Source: a virus
Strand: one strand, 5' to 3'
Virus record (IMG/VR): IMGVR_UViG_3300029767_000022
Coordinates: 1 to 31,061 of that record
Length of the DNA: 31,061 nt
In this document: positions 29,287-31,061 of the stretch, piece by piece
How the letters are laid out: each line of letters starts with the position of its first letter
How positions within the stretch are numbered: position 1 is the stretch's first letter
The notes under the pieces: model-generated
Seen by the model: only the letters and a program-made list of their open reading frames with translations
What the model was told of the DNA's origin: nothing
Databases searched by the model: none
Position numbers and translations under genes: made by a program

Positions 29287-30672
29287 CTAGCAAACAGCAA
29301 CGTCCCACGATGGAAGTTGCAGCGGCTTGTAGTAGGCGAGAAGGACGCTGTCCGCTAGATCGGGGCTACCAGTCTGATTCTCTGTTTTGTAGTCTTTCTT
29401 CCGCTGCACTTCGCGTAGGTTTCTGTTGTTGATTGCCCATTCACGGGTGCTGAGTTCCTGAAACAGTTCGGCTCGGTGTTCCAGATTCGGGTTGATGGTG
29501 ATTTCCGAAAGCTGTTCGGCAAACTCGAACCATAATTCCGAACTGACTGCCGGATAGCGGTCGGGATGCTTGGGCTTGGCTCCGAAGTTGACGCCGTTCA
29601 CTGGTTGGCTTCGGCTGCGGAGAATATCCGTTACTCCTCCGCCCACGCCGGTATCGTCCACGTTGATGATGCTTGGATGATGTGTCCCGGCAAAGGTTAT
29701 TATGCGTTCCGCTGTTTCGACAAGACTGGTCTTGCTCCAGCTCACGAGGTCTACTAGGTGGCGTCCCTTTACGATGGCTACGGCGGTTCGGTCGGCTCCG
29801 TATCGGGCCACGTCAACACCGAAGCTTACGCCGCCGTCTGTTTGAGGTTGGCGTTCGGTCGCGTCTGTGAGTTGCTGCCAGCTTATGATCTGGTTGATTG
29901 TTTTCTCGTAGGGCATTCCTTCCCAGATGTGGGCGAAGTCTGGGTTGTTTCGTGATTCCTCGACCTGTCGCAGAATCTCTTCCGGGAGTATTCCGGCTTG
30001 TTCCGCGTCCCGCCATGTGGTGTGATGGTGGGTGGTGCGCTGTTGGGTGAGCTGGCTCGGATGGGTGACGAAACGTGTGGTTATCGCATCCTCCGGGGTT
30101 AGGGGGTTACGGGTGAAGATAATGGTGCTGCCGTTCTTTCGGATGGTCGGCAGCAACACGTCTAGGCTATGGTCGGTGATGAACTGGGCTTCTTCTACCC
30201 AGCACCTATCTACGCCCTCGACGCCTTTTAGTGTGCTTTCCGGGTCTTCGTGCAAGCCCTTGAACCAGAACACACTGCCGTTGACGTGTGTTATCTGTTC
30301 GCGGGTGATAGTGAAGCCGGGAAGCTCATAGCGGCTGATGATATCCGCTAGGAGCTGTTTGACGCTTTCCTGAATGCTGTTCTGGAATTCACGGGTGCAT
30401 AGGATGCGGGTGGGGTACATGCTGGCTTCGAGCGCTAGGGCTAGGGCTACGCTGGTGCTTTTCGCGCTTGAACGGCCTCCGCTGTAGTCGTAGTAGCGGT
30501 ATGGTGGATTGTCACGGTCATGGAGGAAGAACAATAAATCTTCGTATGCTTTGGGGATTACGAGGTTGAATGTTCCGTTTTGTTCCATAATGTGCGCGCG
30601 ATTCTCAATAGTATGGTCTTCACCCGAGGGAACCCGAGCCTTATTGAGAATAGTAGGCTCGGGTTTGTTCAC
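29287..30672 (-). CDS. terL: Terminase large subunit (461 aa)
   Basis: Walker A-like SGGRSSAKST, Walker B CWVEEAQF, and nuclease motif GVDVARYGADRTA. ATGA-type overlap with terS. Confidence 0.93.
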   Translation of the reverse strand: MNKPEPTILNKARVPSGEDHTIENRAHIMEQNGTFNLVIPKAYEDLLFFLHDRDNPPYRYYDYSGGRSSAKSTSVALALALEASMYPTRILCTREFQNSIQESVKQLLADIISRYELPGFTITREQITHVNGSVFWFKGLHEDPESTLKGVEGVDRCWVEEAQFITDHSLDVLLPTIRKNGSTIIFTRNPLTPEDAITTRFVTHPSQLTQQRTTHHHTTWRDAEQAGILPEEILRQVEESRNNPDFAHIWEGMPYEKTINQIISWQQLTDATERQPQTDGGVSFGVDVARYGADRTAVAIVKGRHLVDLVSWSKTSLVETAERIITFAGTHHPSIINVDDTGVGGGVTDILRSRSQPVNGVNFGAKPKHPDRYPAVSSELWFEFAEQLSEITINPNLEHRAELFQELSTREWAINNRNLREVQRKKDYKTENQTGSPDLADSVLLAYYKPLQLPSWDVAVC

Positions 30673-31043
30673 TTCACCGTGACGTTGATCGTAGGCGGCT
30701 CGTACATCTGCACCGTCTGGTCAACCTGCTGTCGGGGCATGCCCTCGGTACGGTTGGCAATGTCCTGATAGGCGCGGAATGCTTTCTCACCGTCTTTCTT
30801 TGATTCAAGGACACGACGTAGGGCGATCTGTTCGGCTTGGGTCAGTTCGTCCATACGCTGCACCCATTCCGCTAGTTCCTCGTTCGTGAGTTCAAGGAAT
30901 TGCTGGAGGTTGTATTTCACGCTGCCGCGTTTTGTCCATTTGCGACTGCGGTCTTGTGGGCGTTCTTGGAAGCCGCCTTTACCGGTTGGGTTGTTCACGC
31001 CTCCGGTTATTCGTCCGTGGGCGTCTCTGGTTACGTTGCTCAT
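30669..31043 (-). CDS. terS: Terminase small subunit candidate (124 aa)
   Basis: It lies immediately upstream of and overlaps terL. It has a basic N-terminus and a helical middle (NLQQFLELTNEELAEWVQRMDELTQAEQIALRRVLE). Called by position and composition. Confidence 0.7.
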   Translation of the reverse strand: MSNVTRDAHGRITGGVNNPTGKGGFQERPQDRSRKWTKRGSVKYNLQQFLELTNEELAEWVQRMDELTQAEQIALRRVLESKKDGEKAFRAYQDIANRTEGMPRQQVDQTVQMYEPPTINVTVK

Positions 31044-31061
31044 AAGGGGTATTTTATGCTT
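30953..31061. repeat. Terminal direct repeat, right copy (identical to 1..109)
   Basis: Same comparison as the left copy: CTTGTGGGCGTTCTTGGAAG...GGGGTATTTTATGCTT at both ends. Confidence 0.95.

Overview
This window is a complete, circularly closed dsDNA phage genome of siphovirus type. Its unique length is 30,952 bp, because nt 1-109 repeat exactly at 30953-31061. By hand count over short stretches GC is about 55-58%, apart from one stretch of about 40-45% at 14.4-15.3 kb. Strong GGAGG-type ribosome-binding sites, a GH25+LysM endolysin and a likely leaderless first gene suggest a Gram-positive host, but the host is not identifiable from sequence alone.

The genome has two arms that diverge at 3021-3190 and converge at 12200-12325.

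- **Leftward arm (minus strand, 3020 -> 1 = 30953 -> 12326).** It carries a small HTH gene, SSB, several small proteins including zinc ribbons, and RusA. The structural and lysis genes follow: TerS, TerL, a portal-MuF fusion, a Com-like zinc ribbon, a prohead-protease/scaffold/major-capsid fusion, a collagen-like protein, head-tail joining genes and the major tail protein. Then come two tail chaperones, the tape measure, Dit, a Tal-like protein, two fibre proteins and the lysis cassette.
- **Rightward arm (plus strand, 3191-12199).** It is cut into six operons. They encode a replication initiator with internal iterons, DUF488 - tRNA-Arg(UCG) - Dam-like two-domain protein - ParB-like nuclease, hypothetical and acidic proteins, Erf, a YqaJ-type exonuclease, wHTH and XRE regulators, and an HNH endonuclease.

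No integrase, polymerase, helicase or primase is visible.

The most notable observations are:
- a family of extended -10 promoters, each overlapped by the palindrome TGTGATATA-N5-TATATCACA;
- a divergent switch whose two promoters share one palindromic -35 hexamer, plus a candidate antisense RNA over the initiator start;
- the unusual Dam-like (NPPTY) / ParB / DUF488 / tRNA operon;
- a low-GC, opposite-strand ORF with an in-frame TGA inside the late operon, flanked by diverged direct repeats;
- an unannotated Mu Com-like zinc ribbon;
- a heavily fused head module.
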